Origin: the human T2T-CHM13v2.0 reference genome, Homo sapiens
Length of the DNA: 64,000 bases
Direction: 5' to 3' (one strand)
Assembly: GCF_009914755.1 (NCBI RefSeq)
Contig: NC_060934.1
The position numbers and the translations under genes were made by a program. This document shows positions 37,901 to 51,678 of the stretch, in pieces (the stretch's first letter is position 1; every line of letters begins with the position of its first letter). The notes below the pieces were generated by a model. The model did not search any database. It worked only from the letters and a program-made list of their open reading frames with translations, and had not been told where the DNA came from.

Positions 37901-40900
37901 GGATATATCTTCGTATTAAAACTAGACAAAATCATTCTCAGAAAACACTTTGTGATGTGTGTGTTCAACTCACAGAGTTTAACCTTTCTTTAATCGAGCA
38001 GTTTGGAAATACACTCTTTGTAAGTCTGCAGGTGGATAATTGGCCCCCTTTGAGCCCTTCGTTGGAAACGGGATTTCCTCATATAATGCTAGACAGAAGA
38101 ATTCTCAGTAACTTCTTTGTGTTGTTTGTATTCAACTCACAGATTTGAACCTTCCTTTAGAGAGAGCAGATTTGAAACACTCTGTTTTTGGAATTTGCAA
38201 GTGCAGATTTCAAGCGCTTCTAGGCCTATGGCAGAAAAGGAAATATCTTCGTATACAAACTACACAGAATCATTCTCAACAACTGCTTTGTGATGTGTGC
38301 GTTCAACTCACAGAGTTTAACCTTTCTTTTCATAGAGCAGTTTGGAAACACTCTGTTTGTAAAGCCTGCAAGTGCTTCTTTGGACTTCATTGAGGCCTTC
38401 ATTGGAAACGGGATTTCTTCATGTAATGCTAGACAGAAGAATTCTCAGTCACTTCTTTGTGTTGTGTGTATTCAAGTCACAGAGTTGAACCTTCCTTTAG
38501 ACAGAGCAGTTTTGAAAAATTCTTTCTGTGGAATTTGCAAGTGGAGATTTCAAGCGATTTGAGGCTAATCTTTGAAATGGAAATATCTTCGTGTAAAAAC
38601 TACACGGAATCATTCTCAGAAACTGCTTTGTCATCTGTGCGTTCAGTTCACAGAGTTTCACCTTTCTCTTCATAGAGCAGTTTGGAAAGACTCTGTCTGT
38701 AAAGTCTGCAAGTGATTAGTTAGACCCCATTGAGGCCTTCGTTGGAAGCGGGATTTCTCATTTACTGCTAGACAGAAGAATTCTCAGTAAATCCTTTGTG
38801 TTGTGTGTATTCAACTCACAGAGTTGAACCTTCCTTTATTCAGAGCAGTTTTGAAAAACACTTTTTGTGGAATTTGGAAGTGGAGATTTCAAGCGATTTG
38901 ACGCCAATCTTAGACATGGAAATATCTTCATATTAAAAGTACACAGAGTCATTCGTAGAAACTAGTTTGTGATGTGTGCCTTCAACTCACAGAGTTTAAC
39001 CTTTCTTTTCATAGAGTAGTTTGGAAACACTCTATTTGTAAAGTCTGCAAGTGGATATTTGGACCTCTTTGAGGCCTTCGTTCGAAAAGGGATTTCTTCA
39101 TACAACGCTAGACAGAAGAATTCTCAGTAACTTCTTTGTGTTGTGTGTATTCAACTCACAGAGTTGAACCTTTCTTTAGAGAGAGCAGAGTTGAAACACT
39201 CTGTTTTTGGAATTTGCAAGTGCAGATTTCAAGCGCTTCTAGGCCTATGGCAGAAAAGGAAATATCTTCGTATAAAAACTACACAGAATCATTCTCAACA
39301 ACTACTTTGTGATGTGTGCGTTCAACTCACAAAGTTTAACCTTTCTTTTCATAGAGAAGTTTGGAAACACTCTGTTTGTAAAGCCTGCAAGTGCTTTTTT
39401 GGACTTCATTGAGGCCTTCGTTGGAAACGGGATTTCTTCATATAATGCTAGACAGAAGAATTCTCAGTAAATCCTTTGTGTTGTGTGTATTCAACTCACA
39501 GAGTGGAACCTTCCTTTATTCAGAGCAGTTTTGAAACACTCTTTTTGTGGAATTTGCAAGTGGAGATTTCAAGCGATTTGACGCCAATCTTAGACATGGA
39601 AATATCTTCATATTAAAAGTACACAGAGTCATTCGTAGAAACTAGTTTGTGATGTGTGCCTTCAACTCACAGAGTTTAACCTTTCTTTTCATAGAGCAGT
39701 TCGGAATCACTCTATTTGTAAAGTCTGCAAGTGGATATTTGGACCTCTTTGAGGCCTTCGTTGGAAACGGGATTTCTTCATATAACGCTAGACAGAAGAA
39801 TTCTCAGTAACTTCTTTGTGTTGTGTGTATTCAACTCACAGAGTTGAACCCTTCTTTAGAGAGAGCAGAGTGGAAACACTCTTTTTGTGCAATTTGCTAG
39901 TGCAGATTTCAAACGCTTCGAAGACAGTGATAGAAAAGGATATATCTTCGTATTAAAACTAGACAAAATCATTCTCAGAAAACACTTTGTGATGTGTGTG
40001 TTCAACTCACAGAGTTTAACCTTTCTTTAATCGAGCAGTTTGGAAATACACTCTTTGTAAGTCTGCAGGTGGATAATTGGCCCCCTTTGAGCCCTTCGTT
40101 GGAAGCGGGATTTCCTCATATAATGCTAGACAGAAGAATTCTCAGTAACTTCTTTGTGTTGTTTGTATTCAACTCACAGATTTGAACCTTCCTTTAGAGA
40201 GAGCAGATTTGAAACACTCAGTTTTTGGAATTTGCAAGTGCAGATTTCAAGCGCTTCTAGGCCTATGGCAGAAAAGGAAATATCTTCGAATACAAACTGC
40301 ACAGAATCATTCTCAACAACTACTTTGTGATGTGTGCGTTCAACTCACAGAGTTTAACCTTTCTTTTCATAGAGCAGTTTGGAAACACTCTGTTTGTAAA
40401 GCCTGCAAGTGCTTTTTTGGATTTCATTGAGGCCTTCGTTGGAAACGGGATTTCTTCATGTAATGCTAGACAGAAGAATTCTCAGTCACTTCTTTGTGTT
40501 GTGTGTATTCAAGTCACAGAGTTGAACCTTCCTTTAGACAGAGCAGTTTTGAAAAATTCTTTCTGTGGAATTTGCAAGTGGAGATTTCATGCGATTTGAG
40601 GCTAATCTTTGAAATGGAAATATCTTCGTGTAAAAACTACACAGAATCATTCTCAGAAACTGCTTTGTCATCTGTGCGTTCAGTTCACAGAGTTTCACCT
40701 TTCTCTTCATAGAGCAGTTTGGAAAGACTCTGTCTGTAAAGTCTGCAAGTGATTAGTTAGACCCCATTGAGGCCTTCGTTGGAAGCGGGATTTCTCATTT
40801 ACTGCTAGACAGAAGAATTCTCAGTAAATCCTTTGTGTTGTGTGCATGCAACTCACAGAGTTGAACCTTCCTTTATTCAGAGCAGTTTTGAAAAACACTT

Positions 40901-41834
40901 TTTGTGGAATTTGGAAGTGGAGATTTCAAGCGATTTGACGCCAATCTTAGACATGGAAATATCTTCATATTAAAAGTACACAGAGTCATTCGTAGAAACT
41001 AGTTTGTGATGTGTGCCTTCAACTCACAGAGTTTGACCTTTCTTTTCATAGAGCAGTTTGGAAACACTCTATTTGTAAAGTCTGCAAGTGGATATTTGGA
41101 CCTCTTTTAGACCTTCTTTGGAAAAGGAATTTCTTCATACAACGCTAGACAGAAGAATTCTCAGTAACTTCTTTGTGTTGTGTGTATTCAACTCACAGAG
41201 TTGAACCTTTCTTTAGAGAGAGCAGAGTTGAAACACTCTGTTTTTGGAATTTGCAAGTGCAGATTTCAAGCGATTCTAGGCCTATGGCAGAAAAGGAAAT
41301 ATCTTCGTATACAAACTACACAGAATCATTCTCAACAACTACTTTGTGATGTGTGCGTCCAACTCACAAAGTTTAACCTTTCTTTTCATAGAGCAGTTTG
41401 GAAACACTCTGTTTGTAAAGCCTGCAAGTGCTTTTTGGGACTTCATTGAGGCCTTCGTTGGAAACGGGATTTCTTCATATAATGCTAGACAGAAGAATTC
41501 TCAGTAAATCCTTGGTGTTGTGTGTATTCAACTCACAGAGTGGAACCTTCCTTTATTCAGAGCAGTTTTGAAAGACTCTTTTTGTGGAATTTGCAAGTGG
41601 AGATTTCAAGCGATTTGACGCCAATCTTAGACATGGAAATATCTTCATATTAAAAGTACACAGCGTCATTCGTAGAAACTAGTTTGTGATGTGTGCCTTC
41701 AAATCACGGAGTTTAACCTTTCTTTTCATAGAGCAGTTCGGAAACACTCTATTTGTACAGTCTGCAAGTGGATATTTGGACCTCTTTGAGGCCTTCGTTG
41801 GAAACGGGATTGCTTCATATAACGCTAGACAGAA

Positions 41835-44551
41835 GAATTCTAAGTAACTTCTTTGTGTTGTGTGTATTCAACTCACAGAGTTGAACCTTTCTTTAGAGAG
41901 AGCAGAGTTGAAACACTCTTTTTGTGGAATTTGCTAGTGCAGATTTCAAACGCTTCGAAGACCGTGATAGAAAAGGATATATCTTCGTATTAAAAGTAGA
42001 CAAAATCATTCTCAGAAATCACTTTGTGATGTGTGTGTTCAACTCACAGAGTTTAACTTTTCTTAATCGAGCAGTTTGGAAATACACTCTTTGTAAGTCT
42101 GCAGGTGGATAATTGGCCCTCTATGAGCCCTTCGTTGGAAACGGGATTTCCTCATATAATGCTAGACAGAAGAATTCTCAGTAACTTCTTTGTGTTGTTT
42201 GTATTCAACTCACAGATTTGAACCTTCCTTTAGAGAGAGCAGATTTGAAACACTCTGTTTTTGGAATTTGCAAGTGCAGATTTCAAGCGCTTCTGGGCCT
42301 ATGGCAGAAAAGGAAATATCTTCGTATAAAAACTACACAGAATCATTCTCAACAACTACTTTGTGATGTGTGCGTTCAACTCACAGAGTTTAACCTTTCT
42401 TTTCATAGAGCAGTTTGGAAACACTCTGTTTGTAAAGCCTGCAAGTGCTTTTTTGGATTTCATTGAGGCCTTCGTTGGAAACGGGATTTCTTCATATAAT
42501 GCTAGACAGAAGAATTCTCAGTCACTTCTTTGTGTTGTTTGTATTGAAGTCACAGAGTTGAACCTTCCTTTAGACAGAGCAGTTTTGAAAAATTCTTTCT
42601 GTGGAATTTGCAAGTGGAGATTTCAAGCGATTTGAGGCTAATCTTTGAAATGGAAATATCTTCGTATAAAAACTACACAGTATCATTCTCAACAACTACC
42701 TTGTGATGTGTGCGTTCAACTCACAAAGTTTAACCTTTCTTTTCATAGAGAAGTTTGGAAACACTCTGTTTGTAAAGCCTGCAAGTGCTTTTTTGGACTT
42801 CATTGAGGCCTTCGTTGGAAACGGGATTTCTTCATATAATGATAGACAGAAGAATTCTCAGTAAATCCTTTGTGTTGTGTGTATTCAACTCACAGAGTGG
42901 AACCTTCCTTTATTCAGAGCAGTTTTGAAACACTCTTTTTGTGGAATTCGCAACTGGAGATTTCAAGCGATTTGACGCCAATCTTAGACATGGAAATATC
43001 TTCATATGAAAAGTACACAGAGTCATTCGTAGAAACTAGTTTGTGATGTGTGCCTTCAACTCACAGAGTTTAACCTTTCTCTTCATAGAGCAGTTCGGAA
43101 ACACTCTATTTGTAAAGTCTGCAAGTGGATATTTGGACCTCTTTGAGGCCTTCGTTGGAAAAGGAATTTCTTCATACAACGCTAGACAGAAGAATTCTCA
43201 GTAACTTCTTTGTGTTGTGTGTATTCAACTCACAGAGTTGAACCTTTCTTTAGAGAGAGCAGAGTTGAAACACTCTGTTTTTGGAATTTGCAAGTGCAGA
43301 TTTCAAGCGATTCTAGGCCTATGGCAGAAAAGGAAATATCTTCGTATAAAAACTACACAGAATCATTCTCAACAACTACTTTGTGATGTGTGCGTTCAAC
43401 TCACAAAGTTTAACCTTTCTTTTCATAGAGAAGGTTGGAAACATTCTGTTTGTAAAGCCTGCAAGTGCTTTTTTGGACTTCATTGAGGCCTTCTTTGGAA
43501 ACGGGATTTCTTCATATAATGCTAGACAGAAGAATTCTCAGTAAATCCTTTGTGTTGTGTGTATTCAACTCACAGAGTGGAACCTTCCTTTATTCAGAGC
43601 AGTTTTGAAACACTCTTTTTGTGGAATTTGCAAGTGGAGATTTCAAGCGATTTGACGCCAAACTTAGACATGGAAATATCTTCATATTAAAAGAACACAG
43701 AGTCATTCGTAGAAACTAGTTTGTGATGTGTGCCTTCAACTCACAGAGTTTAACCTTTCTTTTCATAGAGCAGTTCGGAAACACTCTATTTGTAAAGTCT
43801 GCAAGTGGATATTTGGACCTCTTTGAGGCCTTCGTTGGAAACGGGATTTCTTCATATAACGCTAGACAGAAGAATTCTCAGTAACTTCTTTGTGTTGTGT
43901 GTATTCAACTCACAGAGTTGAACCCTTCTTTAGAGAGAGCAGAGTTGAAACACTCTGTTTTTGGAATTTGCAAGTGCAGATTTCAAGCGATTCTTGGCCT
44001 ATGGCAGAAAAGGAAATATCTTCGTATAAAAACTACACAGAATCATTCTCAAGAACTACTTTGTGATGTGTGCGTTCAACTCACAAAGTTTAACCTTTCT
44101 TTTCATAGAGAAGTTTGGAAACACTGTGTTTGTAAAGCCTGCAAGTGCTTTTTTGGACTTCATTGAGGCCTTCGTTGGAAACGGGATTTCTTCATATAAT
44201 GCTAGACAGAAGAATTCTCAGTAAATCCTTTGTGTTGCGTGTATTCAACTCACAGAGTGGAACCTTCCTTTATTCAGAGCAGTTTTGAAACACTCTTTTT
44301 GTGGAATTTGCAAGTGGAGATTTCAAGAGATTTGACGCCAATCTTAGACATGGAAATATCTTCATATTAAAAGTACACAGAGTTATTCGTAGAAACTAGT
44401 TTGTGATGTGTGCCTTCAACTCACAGAGTTTAACCTTTCTTTTCACAGAGCATTTCGGAAACACTCTATTTGTAAAGTCTGCAAGTGGATATTTGGACCT
44501 CTTTGAGGCCTTCGTTAGAAACGGGATTTCTTCATATAACGCTAGACAGAA
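41835..44551 (+). repeat. 16-mer structural variant (~2717 bp): P Q R/Q' S Q' S' Q' S'
   Basis: ORF spacing 42218 to 44936 is 2718. Q' ORFs at 43217 and 43897 are 680 apart. A hybrid monomer lies at ~42650-42670. Confidence 0.9.
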
Positions 44552-47500
44552 GAAATCTCAGTAACTTCTTTGTGTTGTGTGTATTCAACTCACAGAGTTG
44601 AACCTTTCTTTAGAGAGAGCAGAGTTGAAACACTCTTTTTGTGGAATTTGCTAGTGCAGATTTCAAACGCTTCGAAGACAGTGATAGAAAAGGATATATC
44701 TTTGTATTAAAACTAGACAAAATCATTCTCAGAAAACACTTTGTGATGTGTGTGTTCAACTCACAGAGTTTAACCTTCCTTTAATCGAGCAGTTTGGAAA
44801 TACACTCTTTGTAAGTCTGCAGGTGGATAATTGGCCCTCTTTGATCCCTTCGTTGGAAACGGGATTTCCTCATATAATGCTAGACAGAAGAATTCTCAGT
44901 AACTTCTTTGTGTTGTTTGTATTCAACTCACAGATTTGAACCTTCCTTTAGAGAGAGCAGATTTGAAACACTCTGTTTTTGGAATTTGCAAGTGCATATT
45001 TCAAGCGCTTCTAGGCCTATGGCAGAAAAGGAAATATCTTCGTATACAAACTACACAGAATCATTCCCAACAACTACTTTGTGATGTGTGCGTTCAACTC
45101 ACAGAGTTTAACCTTTCTTTTCATAGAGCAGTTTGGAAACACTCTGTTTGTAAAGCCTGCAAGTGCTTTTTTGGACTTCATTGAGGCCTTCGTTGGAAAC
45201 GGGATTTCTTCATATAATGCTAGACAGAAGAATTCTCAGTCACTTCTTTGTGTTGTGTGTATTCAAGTCACAGAGTTGAACCTTCCTTTACACAGAGCAG
45301 TTTTGAAAAATTCTTTCTGTGGAATTTGCAAGTGGAGATTTCAAGCGATTTGAGGCTAATCTTTGAAATGGAAATTTCTTCGTGTAAAAACTACACAGAA
45401 TCATTCTCAGAAACTGCTTTGTCATCTGTGCGTTCAGTTCACAGAGTTTCACCTTTCTCTTCATAGAGCAGTTTGGAAAGACTCTGTCTGTAAAATCTGC
45501 AAGTGATTAGTTAGACCCCATTGAGGCCTTCGTTGGAAGCGGGATTTCTCATTTACTGCTAGACAGAAGAATTCTCAGTAAATCCTTTGTGTTGTGTGTA
45601 TTCAACTCACAGAGTTGAACCTTCCTTTATTCAGAGCAGTTTTGAAAAACACTTTTTGTGGAATTTGCAAGTGGAGATTTCAAGGGATTTGACGCCAATC
45701 TTAGACATGGAAATATCTTGATATTAAAAGTACACAGAGTAATTCGTAGAAACTAGATTGTGATGTGTGCCTTCAACTCACAGAGTTTGACCTTTCTTTT
45801 CATAGAGCAGTTTGGAAACACTCTATTTGTAAAGTCTGCAAGTGGATATTTGGACCTCTTTGAGGCCTTCGTTCGAAAAGGGATTTCTTCATACAACGCT
45901 AGACAGAAGAATTCTCAGTAACTTCTTTGTGTTGTGTGTATTCAACTCACAGAGTTGAACCTTTCTTTAGAGAGAGCAGAGTTGAAACACTCTGTTTTTG
46001 GAATTTGCAAGTGCAGATTTCAAGCGATTCTAGGCCTATGGCAGAAAAGGGAATATCATCGTATAAAAACTACACAGAATCATTCTCAAGAACTACTTTG
46101 TGATGTGTGCGTTCAACTCACAAAGTTTAACCTTTCTTTTCATAGAGAAGTTTGGAAACACTCTGTTTGTAAGGCCTGCAAGTGCTTTTTTGGACTTCAT
46201 TGAGGCCTTCGTTGGAAACGGGATTTCTTCATATAATGCTAGACAGAAGAATTCTCAGTAAATACTTTGTGTTGTGTGTATTCAACTCACAGAGTGGAAC
46301 CTTCCTTTATTCAGAGCAGTTTTGAAACACTCTTTTTGTGGAATTTGCAAGTGGAGATTTCAAGAGATTTGACGCCAATCTTAGACATGGAAATATCTTC
46401 ATATTAAAAGTACACAGAGTCATTCGTAGAAACTGGTTTGTGATGTGTGCCTTCAACTCACAGAGTTTAACCTTTCTTTTCATAGAGCAGTTCGGAAACA
46501 CTCTATTTGTAAAGTCTGCAAGTGGATATTTGGACCTCTTTGAGGCCTTCGTTAGAAACGGGATTTCTTCATATAACGCTAGACAGAAGAATTCTCAGTA
46601 ACTTCTTTGTGTTGTGTGTATTCAACTCACAGAGTTGAACCTTTCTTCAGAGAGAGCAGAGTTGAAACACTCTTTTTGTGGAATTTGCTAGTGCAGATTT
46701 CAAACGCTTCGAAGACAGTGATAGAAAAGGACATATCTTCGTATTAAAACTAGACAAAATCATTCTCAGAAAACACTTTGTGATGTGTGTGTTCAACTCA
46801 CAGAGTTTAACCTTTCTTTAATCGAGCAGTTTGGAAATACACTCTTTGTAAGTCTGCAGGTGGATAATTGGCCCTCTTTGAGCCCTCGTTGGAAACGGGA
46901 TTTCCTCATATAATGCTAGACAGAAGAATTCTCAGTAACTTCTTTGTGTTGTTTGTATTCAACTCACAGATTTGAACCTTCCTTTAGAGAGAGCAGATTT
47001 GAAACACTCTGTTTTTGGAATTAGCAAGTGCAGATTTCAAGCGCTTCTAGGCCTATGGCAGAAAAGGAAATATCTTCGTATAAAAACTACACAGAATCAT
47101 TCTCAACAACTACTTTGTGATGTGTGCGTTCAACTCACAGAGTTTAACCTTTCTTTTCATAGAGCAGTTTGGAAACACTCTGTTTGTAAAGCCTGCAAGT
47201 GCTTTTTTGGACTTCATTGAGGCCTTCGTTGGAAACGGGATTTCTTCATATAATGCTAGACAGAAGTATTCTCAGTCACTTCTTTGTGTTGTGTGTATTC
47301 AAGTCACAGAGTTGAACCTTCCTTTAGACAGAGCAGTTTTGAAAAATTCTTTCTGTGGAATTTGCAAGTGGAGATTTCAAGCGATTTGAGGCTAATCTTT
47401 GAAATGGAAATATCTTCGTGTAAAAACTACACAGAATCATTCTCAGAAACTGCTTTGTCATCTGTGCGTTCAGTTCACAGAGTTTCACCTTTCTCTTCAT

Positions 47501-48624
47501 AGAGCAGTTTGGAAAGACTCTGTCTGTAAAGTCTGCAAGTGATTAGTTAGACCCCTTTGAGGCCTTCGTTGGAAGCGGGATTTCTCATTTACTGCTAGAC
47601 AGAAGAATTCTCAGTAAATCCTTTGTGTTGTGTGTATTCCACTCACAGAGTTGAACCTTCCTTTATTCAGAGCAGTTTTGAAAAACACTTTTTGTGGAAT
47701 TTGCAAGTGGAGATTTCAAGCGATTTCACGCCAATCTTAGACATGGAAATATCTTCATATTAAAAGTACACAGAGTCATTCGTAGAAACTAGTTTGTGAT
47801 GTGTGCCTTCAACTCACAGAGTTTAACATTTCTTTTCATAGAGCAGTTTGGAAACACTCTATTTGTAAAGTCTGCAAGTGGATATTTGGACCTCTTTGAG
47901 GCCTTCATTCGAAAAGGGATTTCTTCATACAACGCTAGACAGAAGAATTCTCAGTAACTTCTTTGTGTTGTGTGTATTCAACTCACACAGTTGAACCTTT
48001 CTTTAGAGAGAGCAGAGTTGAAACACCCTGTTTTTGGAATTTGCAAGTGCAGATTTCAAGCGATTCTAGGCCTATGGCAGAAAAGGAAATATCTTCGTAT
48101 AAAAACTACACAGAATCATTCTCAACAACTACTTTGTGATGTGTGCGTTCAACTCACAAAGTTTAACCTTTCTTTTCATAGAGAAGTTTGGAAACACTCT
48201 GTTTGTAAAGCCTGCAAGTGCTTTTTTGGACTTCATTGAGGCCTTCTTTGGAAACGGGATTTCTTCATATAATGCTAGACAGAAGAATTCTCAGTAAATC
48301 CTTTGTGTTGTGTGTATTCAACTCACAGAGTGGAACCTTCCTTTATTCAGAGCAGTTTTGAAAGACTCTTTTTGTGGAATTTGCAAATGGAGATTTCAAG
48401 CGATTTGATGCCAATCTTAGACATGGAAATATCTTCATATTAAAAGTACACAGAGTCATTCGTAGAAACTAGTTTGTGATGTGTGCCTTCAACTCACAGA
48501 GTTTAACCTTTCTTTTCATAGAGCAGTTCGGAAACACTCTATTTGTAAAGTCTGCAAGTGGATATTTGGACCTCTTTGAGGCCTTCGTTGGAAACGGGAT
48601 TTCTTCATATAACGCTAGACAGAA

Positions 48625-50321
48625 GAATTCTCAGTAACTTCTTTGTGTTGTGTGTATTCAACTCACAGAGTTGAACCCTTCTTTAGAGAGAGCAGAGTTG
48701 AAACACTCTTTTTGTGGAATTTGCTAGTGCAGATTTCAAACGCTTCGAAGACAGTGATAGAAAAGGATATATCTCCGTATTAAAACTAGACAAAATCATT
48801 CTCAGAAAACACTTTGTGATGTGTGTGTTCAACTCACAGAGTTTAACCTTTCTTTAATCGAGCAGTTTGGAAATACACTCTTTGTAAGTCTGCAGGTAGA
48901 TAATTGGCCCTCTTTGAGCCTTTCGTTGGAAACGGGATTTCCTCATATAATGCTAGACAGAAGAATTCTCAGTAACTTCTTTGTGTTGTTTGTATTCAAC
49001 TCACAGATTTGAACCTTCCTTTAGAGAGGGCAGATTTGAAACACTCTGTTTTTATAATTTGCAAGTGCAGATTTCAAGCGCTTCTAGGCCTATGGCAGAA
49101 AAGGAAATATCTTCGTATAAAAACTACACAGAATCATTCTCAACAACTACTTTGTGATGTGTGCGTTCAACTCACAGAGTTTAACCTTTCTTTTCATAGA
49201 GCAGTTTGGAAACACTCTGTTTGTAAACCCTGCAAGTGCTTTTTTGGACTTCATTGAGGCCTTCGTTGGAAACGGGATTTCTTCATATAATGTTAGACAG
49301 AAGAATTCTCAGTCACTTCTTTGTGTTGTGTGTATTCAAGTCACAGAGTTGAACCTTCCTTTAGACAGAGCAGTTTTGAAAAACTCTTTCTGTGGAATTT
49401 GCAAGTGGAGATTTCAAGCGATTTGAGGCTAATCTTTGAAATGGAAATATCTTCGTGTAAAAACTACACAGAATCATTCTCAGAAACTGCTTTGTTATCT
49501 GTGCGTTCAGTTCACAGAGTTTCACCTTTCTCTTCATAGAGCAGTTTCGAAAGACTCTGTCTGTAAAGTCTGCAAGTGATTAGTTAGACCCCTTTGAGGC
49601 CTTCGTTGGAAGCGGGATTTCTCATTTACTGCTAGACAGAAGAATTCTCAGTAAATACTTTGGGTTGTGTGTATTCAACTCACAGAGTGGAACCTTCCTT
49701 TACTCAGAGCAGTTTTGAAAAACACTTTTTGTGGAATTTGGAAGTGGAGATTTCAAGCGATTTGACGCCAATCTTAGACATGGAAATATCTTCATATTAA
49801 AATTACACAGAGTCATTCGTAGAAACTAGTTTGTGATGTGTGCCTTCAACTCACAGAGTTTAACCTTTCTTTTCATAGAGCAGTTTGGAAACACTCTATT
49901 TGTAAAGTCTGCAAGTGGATATTTGGACCTCTTTGAGGCCTTCATTCGAAAAGGGATTTCTTCATACAACGCTAGACAGAAGAATTCTCAGTAACTTCTT
50001 TGTGTTGTGTGTATTCAACTCACAGAGTGGAACCTTCCTTTATTGAGAGCAGTTTTGAAACACTCTTTTTGTGGAATTTGCAAGTGGAGATTTCAAGCGA
50101 ATTCACGCCAATCTTAGACGTGGAAATATCTTCGTATTAAAAGTACACAGAGTCATTCGCAGAAACTAGTTTGTGATGTGTGGCTTCAACTCACAGTGTT
50201 TAACCTTTCTTTTCATAGAGCAGTTTGGAAACGCTCTACTTGTAAAGTCTGCAAGTGGATATTTGGACCTCATTGAGGCCTTCGTTGGAAACGGGATTTC
50301 TTCATATAACACTAGACAGAA
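48625..50321 (+). repeat. 10-mer structural variant (~1697 bp): P Q R S S
   Basis: ORF spacing 49009 to 50706 is 1697. Two consecutive S dimers (~49765, ~50105) and no Q'. Confidence 0.88.
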
Positions 50322-51678
50322 GAATTCTCAGTAACTTCTTTGTGTTGTGTGTATTCAACTCACAGATTTGAACCTTTCTTGAGAGAGAGCAGAGTTGAAA
50401 CACTCTTTTTGTAGAATTTGCTAGTGCAGATTTCAAACGCTTCGAAGACAGTGATAGAAAAGGATATATCTTCGTATTAAAAGTAGACAAAATCATACTC
50501 AGAAAACACTTTGTGATGTGTGTGTTCAACTCACAGAGTTTAACCTTTCTTTAATCGAGCAGTTTGGAAATACACTCTTTGTAAGTCTGCAGGTGCATAA
50601 TTGTCCCTCTATGAGCCCTTCGTTGTAAACGGGATTTCCTCATATAATGCTAGACAGAAGAATTCTCAGTAACTTCTTTGAGTTGTTTGTATTCAACTCA
50701 CATATTTGAACCTTCCTTTAGAGAGAGCAGATTTGAAACACTCTGTTTTTGGAATTTGCAAGTGCAGATTTCAAGCGCTCCTAGGCCTATGGCAGAAAAC
50801 GAAATATCTTCGTATAAAAACTACACAGAATCATTCTCAACAACTACTTTGTGATGTCTGCGTTCAACTCACAGAGTTTAACCTTTCTTTTCATAGAGCA
50901 GTTTGGAAACACTCTGTTTGTAAAGTCTGCAGGTGCTTATTTGGACTTCTTTGAGGCCCTCGTTGGAAACGGGATTTCTTCATATAATGCTAGACAGAAG
51001 AATTCTCAGTCACTTCTTTGTGTTGTGTGTATTCAAGTCACAGAGTTCATCCTTCCTTTAGACAGAGCAGTTTTGAAAAACTCTTTCTGTGGAATTTGAA
51101 GTGGAGATTTCAAGCGATTTGAGGCTAATCTTTGAAATGGAAATATCTTCGTGTAAAAACTACACAGAATCATTCTCAGAAACTGCTTTGTTATGTGTGC
51201 GTTCAGCTCACAGAGTTCCACCTTTCTTTTCATAGAGCAGTTTGGAAAGACTCTGTCTGTGAAGTGTGCAAGCGATTACTTGGACCCCTTTGAGGACTTC
51301 GTTGGAAGCGGGATTTTTTCATTTACTGCTAGACAGAAGAATTCTCATTAAATCCTTTGTGTTGTGTGTATTCAACTCACAGAGTTGAACCTTCCTTTAT
51401 TCAGAGCAGTTTTGAAACACTCTTTTTGTGGAATTTGCAAGTGGAGATTTCAAGCGAATTCACGCCAATCTTAGACATGGAAATATCTTCGTATTAAAAG
51501 TACACAGAGTCATTCGCAGAATCTTGTTTGTGATGTGTGCCTTCAACTCACAGAGTTTAACCTTTCTTTTCATAGAGCAGTTCGGAAAAACTCTATTTGT
51601 AAAGTCTGCAAGTGGATATTTGGACCTCTTTGAGGCCTTCGTTGGAAACGGGATTTCTTCATATAACGCTAGACAGAA
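50322..51678 (+). repeat. Old-type 8-mer unit (PQRS) embedded in the 12-mer array
   Basis: ORF spacing 50706 to 52063 is 1357. It carries gtctgcaggtgcttatttgg and ttacttggacccctttgaggac alleles typical of the 16-28 kb layer. Confidence 0.9.
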
